64,000 bases of DNA from an uncultured Bacteroidales bacterium (lineage in GTDB: Bacteria > Bacteroidota > Bacteroidia > Bacteroidales > CAYTAU01). The notes under the pieces are model-generated. The model was given only the letters and a program-made list of their open reading frames with translations. It was not told the DNA's origin and made no database searches. Made by a program: the position numbers and the translations under genes. This document shows positions 18,417-27,753 of this stretch, in pieces (the stretch's first letter is position 1; each line of letters opens with the position of its first letter). The stretch is from assembly GCA_964442075.1 (NCBI GenBank), contig CAYTWH010000002.1, forward strand, positions 59,565 through 123,564, written 5' to 3'.

Positions 18417-19640
18417 TTAAAATGCAAGAGTTAGTAAATTAATATCTTGTGAAGGAATATTGAATTTATTTCCAATATAATTTTTAGTTAGTATTCCATT
18501 AAAAAGATAAACCCCGTTTCGTATTCCTGTATCATTTCTAATTGCTTGTTTAATACTTCCCATATCAGCAAGTTTTAATAAAAATGGTGCAAAAATATTA
18601 CTAAAAGCATAAGAGGCTGTTCTTGAAACCCTCGCAGGCAGGTTTGGAACACAATAATGAATTACATCATGTTTTACAAATATTGGCTTTGAATGAGAAG
18701 TAACTTTTGAGGTTTCAAAACAAGCGCCATGGTCAATACTAATATCAATAATAACAGAATTTTTTTTCATTTTTGAAAGCATTTCTTCAGTAACAAAAAA
18801 AGGACTATCATTGTCAGAATAATGAAGTGCTCCAATAACAACATCAGCAGAACGAAGTGCTTTTGATAAAACTCTTGGCTGCAATAAGGAAGTATAAATT
18901 CTTTGACCGATATTATTCTGTAATTGTCTGAGATTGAATATTGAGGCATCAAAAACTTTTACCAGTGCACCAAGACCATGTGCTGTACGTGCAGCATATT
19001 CTCCGGCAGTACCGGCACCAAGTATTATTACTTCTGAAGAATTCACTCCTGTTACCCCTCCCAACATTTCACCTTTTCCGTCGTGAACATTACTTAAATA
19101 TTCCGATGCTATTAATATTGATGTGCTTCCGGAAATTTCATCCATTGAACGAACTATAGGAAAACAATCATTATTATCTTTAATGTATTCAAATGCTAAA
19201 GCAGTTATTTTTTTTTGCATCAGTTTTCTAAAATATGATGCTTTTTGTTGAGCAATATGAATTGATGAAATCAATATCTGATTTCCTTTAAGCATATCAA
19301 TCTCATCATTTTTCAAGGGTGATACTTTTAATATAATATCACATTGATATATTACTTCTTTTTTATTAATAATTTTTGCTCCACATTCTGAATATTCATT
19401 ATTTGAAAAATTTGCTTCTTTTCCGGCATTATTTTCAATTAATACCTGATGTCCGTTATTTACAAGTTGTTCAACTGCAAAAGGAGTAAGAGCAATTCTG
19501 CTTTCATTTTTATCCGCTTCTTTTGGAATACCAATCTTAAATTTCTGATTTTTTTTATATACCTCCAGCATTTCTTCCTGAGGCATCATTAATTCATTAT
19601 TAAATGATAAGGAATTTGATGAATTACCGAACTTTACCAT
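18417..19640 (-). CDS. Alanine dehydrogenase / PNT family NAD-dependent dehydrogenase
   Basis: KIGIPKEADKNESRIALTPFAV plus the Rossmann motif VIILGAGTAGEYAA. There is a ~30-aa N-terminal extension, so an internal Met (MMPQEEM) may be the true start. Confidence 0.75.
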   Translation of the reverse strand: MVKFGNSSNSLSFNNELMMPQEEMLEVYKKNQKFKIGIPKEADKNESRIALTPFAVEQLVNNGHQVLIENNAGKEANFSNNEYSECGAKIINKKEVIYQCDIILKVSPLKNDEIDMLKGNQILISSIHIAQQKASYFRKLMQKKITALAFEYIKDNNDCFPIVRSMDEISGSTSILIASEYLSNVHDGKGEMLGGVTGVNSSEVIILGAGTAGEYAARTAHGLGALVKVFDASIFNLRQLQNNIGQRIYTSLLQPRVLSKALRSADVVIGALHYSDNDSPFFVTEEMLSKMKKNSVIIDISIDHGACFETSKVTSHSKPIFVKHDVIHYCVPNLPARVSRTASYAFSNIFAPFLLKLADMGSIKQAIRNDTGIRNGVYLFNGILTKNYIGNKFNIPSQDINLLTLAF

Positions 19641-19734
19641 AATAAATTATATAAATTGAGAGTATAAAAAGAAGTATAAAAATAGTATATTTTACCAAAC
19701 TTGTCAAATATATTTTTATATGTTGATTTTTGCA

Positions 19735-19785
19735 TTATCTCCCAAAAAGTGTTACAAATGTGTAAATTTATCTCCCAAAAAGTGT
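19735..19785. repeat. Two perfect 18-nt direct repeats, 33 nt apart
   Basis: TTATCTCCCAAAAAGTGT occurs at 19735-19752 and again at 19768-19785, about 95-145 nt upstream of the dehydrogenase start codon (19640, minus strand). Confidence 0.85.
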
Positions 19786-19905
19786 CAATATTTGATTTTA
19801 CCTAAAATAAGTCATTGAAAATATTGCGATTAAGACACTATCGGAGTTTAATGATATAAAACAAAAACCCGTCATAAAAAAACAACAGCTTGCCTAATTA
19901 TAACC

Positions 19906-19990
19906 GTTATTGCGAGGAGCGTAGCGACGTGGCAATCTGCCTGTTTCAAATTAACAGATTGCTTCTACGCTTCAGGTAAATCGCAATGAC
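19906..19990. repeat. GC-rich nested palindromic (REP/MITE-like) element
   Basis: Outer arms GTTATTGCGA (19906-19915) and TCGCAATGAC (19981-19990) pair with one mismatch. Inner arms GCAATCTG (19932-19939) and CAGATTGC (19955-19962) pair perfectly. The GC content is far above the flanks. Confidence 0.6.
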
Positions 19991-20002
19991 ATAAAAAATG
20001 TT

Positions 20003-20950
20003 TTATTGCAAAACCAACTTCTCACTCTTAACCAACTTTCCATCAACAAATAAATTACAAACATAAATTCCGTTTTGCCAACCTTTAGTGTTTATTATAG
20101 TCTTATTTGTTTTTATTGGTATTGTTGCTTTTGTTTGACCTATTATATTTACAATTCGTATTTCTGCTTTTGATTTTTTTGGTAAATCAAGTTCTACATT
20201 GAAATTTTTATTACTTGGATTTGGATAAATTTGTGTACTCGCATCAAAATAAGTTTTTTCATCAAAACCAACACCTAATAACCGATATCTTAAACAAAGG
20301 TCGTCAATTTGCCAACCATCTTTATTATTATTAATACTATCGCTAATAAACGTAAATCGCACAATAATACTGTCTATTAATGATAAGCCTGTAGACAAAT
20401 TCCAATCGTTAACATCTTTGGTAATAATTGATCTAATCCACCCATTTGAACTACCCGTAATTGGTATACTATCATAACAACATGTATCAGTACTTTCAAA
20501 ATAATGTGAATTTTCACTAGAATCAAAAGACATTGTAAATAAATTAGACATTCCATTAATCCAAGAATTACCACCATCTATGGACATTTCTATGATACCA
20601 TAATCAGTTAATGAATCTATTTGAAATCTATGATTAAACGCAAGCTGAAAATCCCCATAATACATTAAATAATCAAATATAGGAGGTCCCAAAACAGCAA
20701 TAAAACTTGAAATATTATTAACAGGGTAATAATTTATTGTATCTGTAATAATACAATTGTTTGCAGTATATGAAGAATCTAATGTTAATTTATTTGGTAT
20801 ACCAATTTGCCAAACATTCTGCTGGCTTGTATCTATTTGAATAAAATGAATATTGGAATCAAAATCTGTGCAATTTTCATGTAACCAAATTTGTGAGTAA
20901 CCACAAATAAAGTATAATATGAAAAATAATAAAATAACTATTTTTTTCAT
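20003..20950 (-). CDS. T9SS-sorted secreted protein (function unknown)
   Basis: Signal peptide MKKIVILLFFILYFICGYSQ and a C-terminal sorting domain QIYPNPSNKNFNVEL...GIYVCNLFVDGKLVKSEKLVLQ. Confidence 0.7.
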   Translation of the reverse strand: MKKIVILLFFILYFICGYSQIWLHENCTDFDSNIHFIQIDTSQQNVWQIGIPNKLTLDSSYTANNCIITDTINYYPVNNISSFIAVLGPPIFDYLMYYGDFQLAFNHRFQIDSLTDYGIIEMSIDGGNSWINGMSNLFTMSFDSSENSHYFESTDTCCYDSIPITGSSNGWIRSIITKDVNDWNLSTGLSLIDSIIVRFTFISDSINNNKDGWQIDDLCLRYRLLGVGFDEKTYFDASTQIYPNPSNKNFNVELDLPKKSKAEIRIVNIIGQTKATIPIKTNKTIINTKGWQNGIYVCNLFVDGKLVKSEKLVLQ

Positions 20951-20955
20951 AACTT

Positions 20956-22752
20956 TTAATTTATTACAATCTTCTCAATATGAGAAAATTTGTTGTTAGA
21001 CAATTTTATTAAATATACTCCTGATGTAAATTTACTTACATCAAATTTTTCAAATTTATTACTAATAAGAGATTTATATACAAGTTGACCCTTATTGTTA
21101 TACATTTCAAGAAATGTAGGTTCTGTTTCTTCAAAAATCTCAATATTTATTTCATTGTTTGTTGGATTTGGATATATATTAACTCTGTTTTTTTCTATTG
21201 TTTTATTTATTATTGTTGTTTCACAGCTTTTTATATAAATATCAAATGTATCTGTGAAAATTTCCCCAAAAGGATCTGTTAATGTTGCAATAACCTGCTG
21301 ATTAATTAAGCTGTCTTGTGGATAAATATATAAACTATCAGTAGCGTAACTCTCATAAGTATATGGATAATATATTGAATTATGAAAATTTCCATTATTT
21401 AGTTCTAAACTATAAGGTGCTGATTTACCTGTAATATGAAAATAAACCAGTGCCGAATCTCCATAACAAATAGTATCTGTTACTAAAGTAATATTAAATG
21501 CTGTATCTGAATAACAATATGTACCATCAAACCCCAGACTATCTGTTTTAACTACCCATGTATATTGTACTGGTGTCATATTTACATTTGCTCCAATACC
21601 ACAAAATATATAACCTCCATCACTTGTGGGTTTAAATGTTTTTATGAAGCTCCAAAATGAGCAGGTATCATTATTAAAATAATATTTTCTTCTCCATTTC
21701 ACCTTCCCTTCATAATTCAAACAATGAACAACACAATTTATATTACCACAATATGAAGACATACTGTCAGTTAATGAGAGTGTAATTATATCACTATTTC
21801 CAATTTGATGAACTTCTTTTATGGAATTATTCCTTCCCTTATAGCCATATAATTTATCCCAAATAATATTACCGTATTGGTCTATCTTTACAAGCCTTGA
21901 TTTAAATATTCCAGTACTTCCGATTTTTTCGAATATATATGCTCCTGCCAATAAATAACAAGAATCAATAGTTGTACACATACTTACTATCATATCATCA
22001 TTTAAGGCAGGATTTCCATAGTGTTTTTGCCATTGTTGATTACCCAAACTGTCTGTTTTTATAAGATACCATTCTCCATTATCATGAGGAGAATTAGAAC
22101 CAAAACTATGTGTTAAACCACCCAGCAAATATCCATTATCATAAGTTTTTAAAAGCAAATAACCTTGTTCGGTACCTGTTCCTCCATAATTTTTATACCA
22201 TAGTAAATTTCCAAGCGAATCTGTAGAATACAGTAAAAAATCCCCCGAATTATTACTTCCTTGATTATAACCGACAATAATATAGTTGCTATTTTCTTTT
22301 TCTAAAAATTGACCAGAACCTGAATATAAAGTATCAGTAAAATATGATTTTGTAAATATTGTATCATAATTCTCATCAAATTTTACCAGTAAAGATGAAT
22401 AATAAGTATCTGATGTATCCCATATTTCAGTTCCTAAACAATAAATTGATTTATTATTATTGTTTAGCTTACGTAATGTATTATCAATTTCAAATTTGTA
22501 CGCATAATTAGGATATTCATATATCTTAGAATTCTTAAAATTTCCAAGAGTATCAATAAAACTAACAGCCATTTTACCTAAAGGACCAAAGCCAATAAAA
22601 ACATATCCTGTATCATTTTCAGCTATATTTAATGCACCGGAAGGATAAGTTCCATTAGGCAGAATACCAGTATTAAATGTATTTATTTGGGCATTAATGG
22701 AAATAATACAATGAAAAAATATTAATAATAATATAAGTTTTTTGAGATGCAT
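20956..22752 (-). CDS. T9SS-sorted secreted repeat protein (propeller-like repeats)
   Basis: Signal peptide. Recurring TDSLGN..W.K.YG.. repeat units. C-terminal NIYPNPTNNEINIEI...GVYLIKLSNNKFSHIEKIVIN. Confidence 0.7.
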   Translation of the reverse strand: MHLKKLILLLIFFHCIISINAQINTFNTGILPNGTYPSGALNIAENDTGYVFIGFGPLGKMAVSFIDTLGNFKNSKIYEYPNYAYKFEIDNTLRKLNNNNKSIYCLGTEIWDTSDTYYSSLLVKFDENYDTIFTKSYFTDTLYSGSGQFLEKENSNYIIVGYNQGSNNSGDFLLYSTDSLGNLLWYKNYGGTGTEQGYLLLKTYDNGYLLGGLTHSFGSNSPHDNGEWYLIKTDSLGNQQWQKHYGNPALNDDMIVSMCTTIDSCYLLAGAYIFEKIGSTGIFKSRLVKIDQYGNIIWDKLYGYKGRNNSIKEVHQIGNSDIITLSLTDSMSSYCGNINCVVHCLNYEGKVKWRRKYYFNNDTCSFWSFIKTFKPTSDGGYIFCGIGANVNMTPVQYTWVVKTDSLGFDGTYCYSDTAFNITLVTDTICYGDSALVYFHITGKSAPYSLELNNGNFHNSIYYPYTYESYATDSLYIYPQDSLINQQVIATLTDPFGEIFTDTFDIYIKSCETTIINKTIEKNRVNIYPNPTNNEINIEIFEETEPTFLEMYNNKGQLVYKSLISNKFEKFDVSKFTSGVYLIKLSNNKFSHIEKIVIN

Positions 22753-22885
22753 AAAAACAAAGATACAAAAAAATAAGCATTAAAAATTGAAAAAATTATT
22801 TTTTACAGCATTTATTGAGTAGATTAATTGAAAAAAAATTATTTTTGTTGTGATAAATAAATTTACGAATAAATCAATATCCAAA

Positions 22886-23848
22886 ATGAAAAAAATACTA
22901 ATAATTGGTGCGGTTGGGCAAATTGGCTCAGAACTTACAATGACTTTAAGAGGCATTTATGGAAACGAAAATGTAATAGCATCAACCAGAAAAACTCCTC
23001 CATCTGACAAGGTTAGAGAATCCGGTCCTTTTGAGTTTTTTGATTGTACAAACAAAGAAGACCTTGAAAGAGTCTGTAAAAAATACGAAATAGATGCAAT
23101 TGTAAATATGGCAGCTATTTTATCAGCAGTTGGTGAAAAAAACCCAATGCTTGCTTGGGACGTAAACATGAATGGTCTTTTAAATGTTCTGGAAATTGCC
23201 AGAGAAATGAATATGAAACAAGTTATGATTCCTAGTTCGATAGCTGTTTTTGGACCAGGAACACCACTTGATTGCGCTCCTCAGGAAACTGTTCTTAAAC
23301 CAACAACAATGTATGGTGTAACAAAAGTAGCCGGCGAATTACTATCAGATTATTATGTAAGAAGATTTGGTCTTGACGTTCGTGGATTAAGATATCCAGG
23401 AATTGTTAGCAACGAAACACTTCCCGGTGGCGGAACTACCGATTATGCAGTAGCTATTTATTATGATGCTGTAAAATATGGAAAATACACATGTTTTGTA
23501 AAAGAAGATACAAAATTACCATTGATGTATATGCCCGACTGTTTAAAAGGAACTGTTGATCTTATGCAGGCTGATTTTTCTAAATTAAAGCACCATAGCG
23601 ATTTTAATGTTGGCGCAATGAGTTTTTCTGTTGCAAAATTGGCAGAGTCTATAAAAAAGTATATGCCTGATTTTGAGATTACTTATGAGCCTGATTTCAG
23701 ACAAGAAATTGCCGATTCTTGGCCAAATGATGTTGATGATACTGCCGCTAGAGAAGAGTGGGGATGGAAACCGGATTATGATTTAGATGCAATGACTCAG
23801 GATATGCTTAAAGTTATTGGCGAAAAACACAAACAAGGATTGATTTAA
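22886..23848 (+). CDS. tdh: NAD-dependent epimerase/dehydratase-fold enzyme, likely SDR-type L-threonine 3-dehydrogenase
   Basis: Start placed at the ATG giving MKKILIIGAVGQIGSEL (Rossmann motif). Catalytic YGVTK (YxxxK). The overall pattern matches GalE-like L-threonine dehydrogenases as I recall them. Confidence 0.7.
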   Translation: MKKILIIGAVGQIGSELTMTLRGIYGNENVIASTRKTPPSDKVRESGPFEFFDCTNKEDLERVCKKYEIDAIVNMAAILSAVGEKNPMLAWDVNMNGLLNVLEIAREMNMKQVMIPSSIAVFGPGTPLDCAPQETVLKPTTMYGVTKVAGELLSDYYVRRFGLDVRGLRYPGIVSNETLPGGGTTDYAVAIYYDAVKYGKYTCFVKEDTKLPLMYMPDCLKGTVDLMQADFSKLKHHSDFNVGAMSFSVAKLAESIKKYMPDFEITYEPDFRQEIADSWPNDVDDTAAREEWGWKPDYDLDAMTQDMLKVIGEKHKQGLI

Positions 23849-23874
23849 TTAATTTTTGTTTTTACCACATATAA

Positions 23875-23903
23875 AGTCAAAAGAAATTCTTTTGACTTTT
23901 TTT
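23875..23903 (+). terminator. Rho-independent terminator
   Basis: AGTCAAAAG (23875-23883) pairs with CTTTTGACT (23889-23897), a 9-bp stem with a 5-nt loop, followed by a T-run to 23903. Confidence 0.7.
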
Positions 23904-23939
23904 ATACCTTTATGCCCTAATTAATAAATTTCATTTATA

Positions 23940-25892
23940 ATGATACGAAAAGCAATTACTTTATTCTTAATGGGAATTTTGAGTCTTAATTTGTATTCAA
24001 ACCCCATTCAGGATTTGATTAAAAAAGCCGGTGATTCTAAAAAATATCCGGGTAGCGACCAACTGTTAATTTTTGACAGTACAATAGTTGATGTACAAGA
24101 AACAGGTTTATGTTATGTAAACGCACACACCTTGTATAAAGTTTTAACAGCAAAAGGAGCCAAACAATTAAGTGTAATTAAATTTGATTATGAACCACTT
24201 TCTGCTTTTGTTGAAATTAAAAAAGTTTTAATTTACAGAAAAAATGGTTCAATTGAAGAATTAGATAAATCAAAAATTTATGATTACCCCGCTCCTGCCC
24301 GAATGATATACTGGGGAGCACGACAAAAAATGATAGAAATTGGGAAATTAGAAGAAGGTGATGCAATTGAAGTTTTTATGTTCCGTAAAGGTTTTACTTA
24401 TGCTTTGTTGCAAAGTGATGATGATGAAAAATATATACCTCCAATGAAAGGACACTTTTACGACATTGTTAATTTTTGGAGTAATATCCCAATAAAAACA
24501 AAATATTACGAAACCAACATTCCTAATTCTAAATTTGTTCAATATAAATTTTATAATGGCGATGTTGATTCAAGCATTGTTAAAGGTAACGAAAAAACAA
24601 AATATGCCTTTGCAATGAAAGAATTATTACCCATCAAACGAGACCCGGGAACAGTTGCCTTATCAGATATAGCTCCTAAGTTACTTATTTCTACTAGTAC
24701 TAACTGGGAAGCAAAATCAACATGGTTTTATGGAGTAAACGAAGATTATGGAAGTTTTAATTCAACGCCAGAAATTGATAAAAAAGTAAATGAAATACTA
24801 ACAGGTGCAACAAACGAAATAGATTCTATTTCTAAACTTACTCACTGGGTTGCCGATAATATGAGATATTCGGGAATATCAATGGGCGAAGGCGAAGGTT
24901 TTACATTACATAGTGGCGACATGAATTTTACCGACAGATGTGGTGTTTGCAAAGATAAAGCCGGTATGCTTGTAACAATGTTACGTTCTGCAGGATTTGA
25001 ATCTTATGCAGCTATGACAATGGCAGGTTCAAGAATTGACAGAATACCTGCCGACCAGTTTAACCATAGTGTTACAGTTGTAAAATTACAAAACGGAGAA
25101 TACAAAATGCTTGACCCAACATGGGTTCCTTTTGTAAGAGAACTTTGGTCAAGTAGAGAACAACAACAAAATTACCTAATGGGGTTACCGGAAGGCGCTG
25201 ACTTAATGGAAATACCAATTTCTCCACCTGAAAATCATTATTTTAAAATTACAGGTAATTCCGAAATATTACCTGATGGAAGTATTAATGGTGAACTTAC
25301 AATTACTGCTGAAGGACAATCGGATGCAGCATTAAGAGGGATTTTTGTAAGGCACTATAAATCTGATTGGAACAGATTGCTTGAGCAAGAACTATTGCAG
25401 ATATTTCCATTAATAAAAATTGAAGAAATGAAATATCCTGAAAATCCTTATGACCATTCAAATCCAATTGAAATATATTTTAAATATTCTATTCCTGATT
25501 TTGCAATTATTACTAATGAAGAAATAATATTTACACCTGTTGTTGCTTCAAATCTTTTTAAAAGAGCACAGGCACATTTATATTCAAGTATCGATATTGA
25601 AGAAAGAAAAGAAGCATTTAGAGATAGATGTTCAAGACAAATTGAATTGAAAGAAACAATAAAACTTCCTAATTATACCGAAGTAATATTTTTACCCGAA
25701 AGTGAAAATTCTGAAGGAACTGGTGCTGATTTTAGCGGCAAATACAAAATTAATGAACAAATTCTCTCATTAAACGAAACAGCTTCTTATAAAAAACGAA
25801 TTTATCAACCTGAAGATTGGGAGTCGTATAAAAGTGCTGTAAAAGCACAAAACAAGTTTGCAGAAGAAAAAGTAATATTAAAAATTAAATAA
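23940..25892 (+). CDS. DUF3857-type transglutaminase-like protein (catalytic triad present)
   Basis: 650 aa with a signal peptide. Transglutaminase core DRCGVCKDKAGMLVTMLRSAGFE...FNHSVTVVKL...YKMLDPTW (Cys, His, Asp). Confidence 0.75.
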   Translation: MIRKAITLFLMGILSLNLYSNPIQDLIKKAGDSKKYPGSDQLLIFDSTIVDVQETGLCYVNAHTLYKVLTAKGAKQLSVIKFDYEPLSAFVEIKKVLIYRKNGSIEELDKSKIYDYPAPARMIYWGARQKMIEIGKLEEGDAIEVFMFRKGFTYALLQSDDDEKYIPPMKGHFYDIVNFWSNIPIKTKYYETNIPNSKFVQYKFYNGDVDSSIVKGNEKTKYAFAMKELLPIKRDPGTVALSDIAPKLLISTSTNWEAKSTWFYGVNEDYGSFNSTPEIDKKVNEILTGATNEIDSISKLTHWVADNMRYSGISMGEGEGFTLHSGDMNFTDRCGVCKDKAGMLVTMLRSAGFESYAAMTMAGSRIDRIPADQFNHSVTVVKLQNGEYKMLDPTWVPFVRELWSSREQQQNYLMGLPEGADLMEIPISPPENHYFKITGNSEILPDGSINGELTITAEGQSDAALRGIFVRHYKSDWNRLLEQELLQIFPLIKIEEMKYPENPYDHSNPIEIYFKYSIPDFAIITNEEIIFTPVVASNLFKRAQAHLYSSIDIEERKEAFRDRCSRQIELKETIKLPNYTEVIFLPESENSEGTGADFSGKYKINEQILSLNETASYKKRIYQPEDWESYKSAVKAQNKFAEEKVILKIK

Positions 25893-25899
25893 ATTGAAA

Positions 25900-27735
25900 A
25901 TGAAAACTATATATTTAATAAGCATAATTTTGTTAACAGGATTATTTGCCTGTAACAATTCAGATATTGGAGAAAACATTGATTTTGCAAAAGAATATCC
26001 TGAAGCTGATGCAGTATATCTCACAATGACAAAAGAATATACCTTAAATAAAAATGGTTCGGTTGACTATCATTATTCACATAAATTAAAATTGTTAACC
26101 CATATATCCTTTAATCGTTTATATGGTGAAACATTTGTTGTTTATGATCCTAAATTACAGGAATTAAAAATAAATAAGGCAGAAACAAAAATGGCTGACG
26201 GAAAAATTACTCCTTCGCCAGAAAATGCTTTTAATGAAGCATTACCCCGTGGAGCAGCAGACGCTCCTGCGTATAATCATTTAAGGGAAATGGTAATTAC
26301 GCACACAGGTCTTGAACTTGATGCAATAATTGATCTGGATTATACTTTAAGTAGCAAAAAAAGATATTTCCCAGCATTTATGGGATATGAAGTACTTAGC
26401 GCAAGTTCACCTATTAGAGAATTAAATATAATTATTAAAGTTCCGAAAGATAGAGACTTTAAATTTTCATCTGTAAATTGTGGTATTGAATTACAACAAT
26501 CTGAAGAAAATGGTTTTAAAATTTATTCATTTACTATGAATAATATTCCTGCAAATACAGGAGAACGTAATATTGCTGAAATTGCTTACCCTTCAATAAT
26601 ATTTAGCACTGATAATATGGAAGCAGTACATAAAAACTTTACAGATCAGGATGCTTTTAAATTTGAAACTTGCAAAGGAATTGATAAGTATATTGAGGAA
26701 AACAAGATCAAGAAATTAAGCATTTTGGAAGCACTTAAAGTTCAAAAGCATATTGTAAATAATGTAAATCATTATCATCTTCCTTTAAAATATACTGCTT
26801 ATAAAATCAGAACTGCTGCAGAAGTATGGAAAAGCAATGGTGGAACAACATTGGAAAAAACTATATTGCTAACAACATTATTAAAAAAACATGGTTTTGA
26901 AGCAACACCTATGGCAGTTACCGAAACCAATCTTTTTAATATCAATACAGGTAATATTGACATTTTTAACGAATATGTTGTTAGATTAAAGTTTGATGAT
27001 GGTTTTTATTATTTATCTGCTATTCATGAAAATGCTCAAAACCTGAAATTTAATATTGATAATCGTTCAGCAATTTCTTTAGAAGAATTTACCGAAAAAA
27101 TTATTGTTGATGAGGAAAGACTTAATAATGAAATTAAAATAAGCGGAACAATAAATGTTGACAATAAAAAACTGATAAACGGAGAATTAAAAGGATTATT
27201 TTCCGGTGAATGTAATACATTTTATAAGCTTGAACAAGACAAAAATTCTGCAAAAAGTCTGTTATCAGGAATAACTGTTTTTAAAGCCGATATTGAAAAT
27301 TCGGATTATAATTACTCAAATTTATCTTTTATATTAAAGTCTGTTGATGCTTTTAAAGAACAATCGGGATATTATTTTTGGAAACTTCCTCAGGCAACTA
27401 CAGGTATTAAAAATTGGCATATTAATTATTTATCAAGTAACAGAAAAACAAGTTTTAGTGTTCCTTATGCTGTAAAAGAAGAATATGAATACACAATTGA
27501 TATTCCCGAAAATTTAAATCTTGTTACAAGTGAGGTTGAAATTAATAAAACAAATAAGGCGGGAACGGTAAATATCAGTATTACAAATACAGAAAACGGA
27601 TTTAAAATTATAAGGACAATTAACATTCCTGCTCAAATTATTCCGGTAGCTATGTATAATGACTTCAGAGAAATTTTAAATATCTGGAATAACAAAAAGT
27701 ATAATGAAATAGTGTTTAAAGGCATTGAGAATTAA
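25900..27735 (+). CDS. DUF3857/DUF3858-type lipoprotein, transglutaminase-like fold without catalytic residues
   Basis: Starts 8 nt after the upstream gene. Lipobox LLTGLFACNN. The equivalent core reads NGGTTLEKTILLTTLLKKHGFE...FNEYVVRLKF...YYLSAIHE, with Cys, His and Asp all replaced. Confidence 0.7.
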   Translation: MKTIYLISIILLTGLFACNNSDIGENIDFAKEYPEADAVYLTMTKEYTLNKNGSVDYHYSHKLKLLTHISFNRLYGETFVVYDPKLQELKINKAETKMADGKITPSPENAFNEALPRGAADAPAYNHLREMVITHTGLELDAIIDLDYTLSSKKRYFPAFMGYEVLSASSPIRELNIIIKVPKDRDFKFSSVNCGIELQQSEENGFKIYSFTMNNIPANTGERNIAEIAYPSIIFSTDNMEAVHKNFTDQDAFKFETCKGIDKYIEENKIKKLSILEALKVQKHIVNNVNHYHLPLKYTAYKIRTAAEVWKSNGGTTLEKTILLTTLLKKHGFEATPMAVTETNLFNINTGNIDIFNEYVVRLKFDDGFYYLSAIHENAQNLKFNIDNRSAISLEEFTEKIIVDEERLNNEIKISGTINVDNKKLINGELKGLFSGECNTFYKLEQDKNSAKSLLSGITVFKADIENSDYNYSNLSFILKSVDAFKEQSGYYFWKLPQATTGIKNWHINYLSSNRKTSFSVPYAVKEEYEYTIDIPENLNLVTSEVEINKTNKAGTVNISITNTENGFKIIRTINIPAQIIPVAMYNDFREILNIWNNKKYNEIVFKGIEN

Positions 27736-27753
27736 AAATATATGTTTATATAG

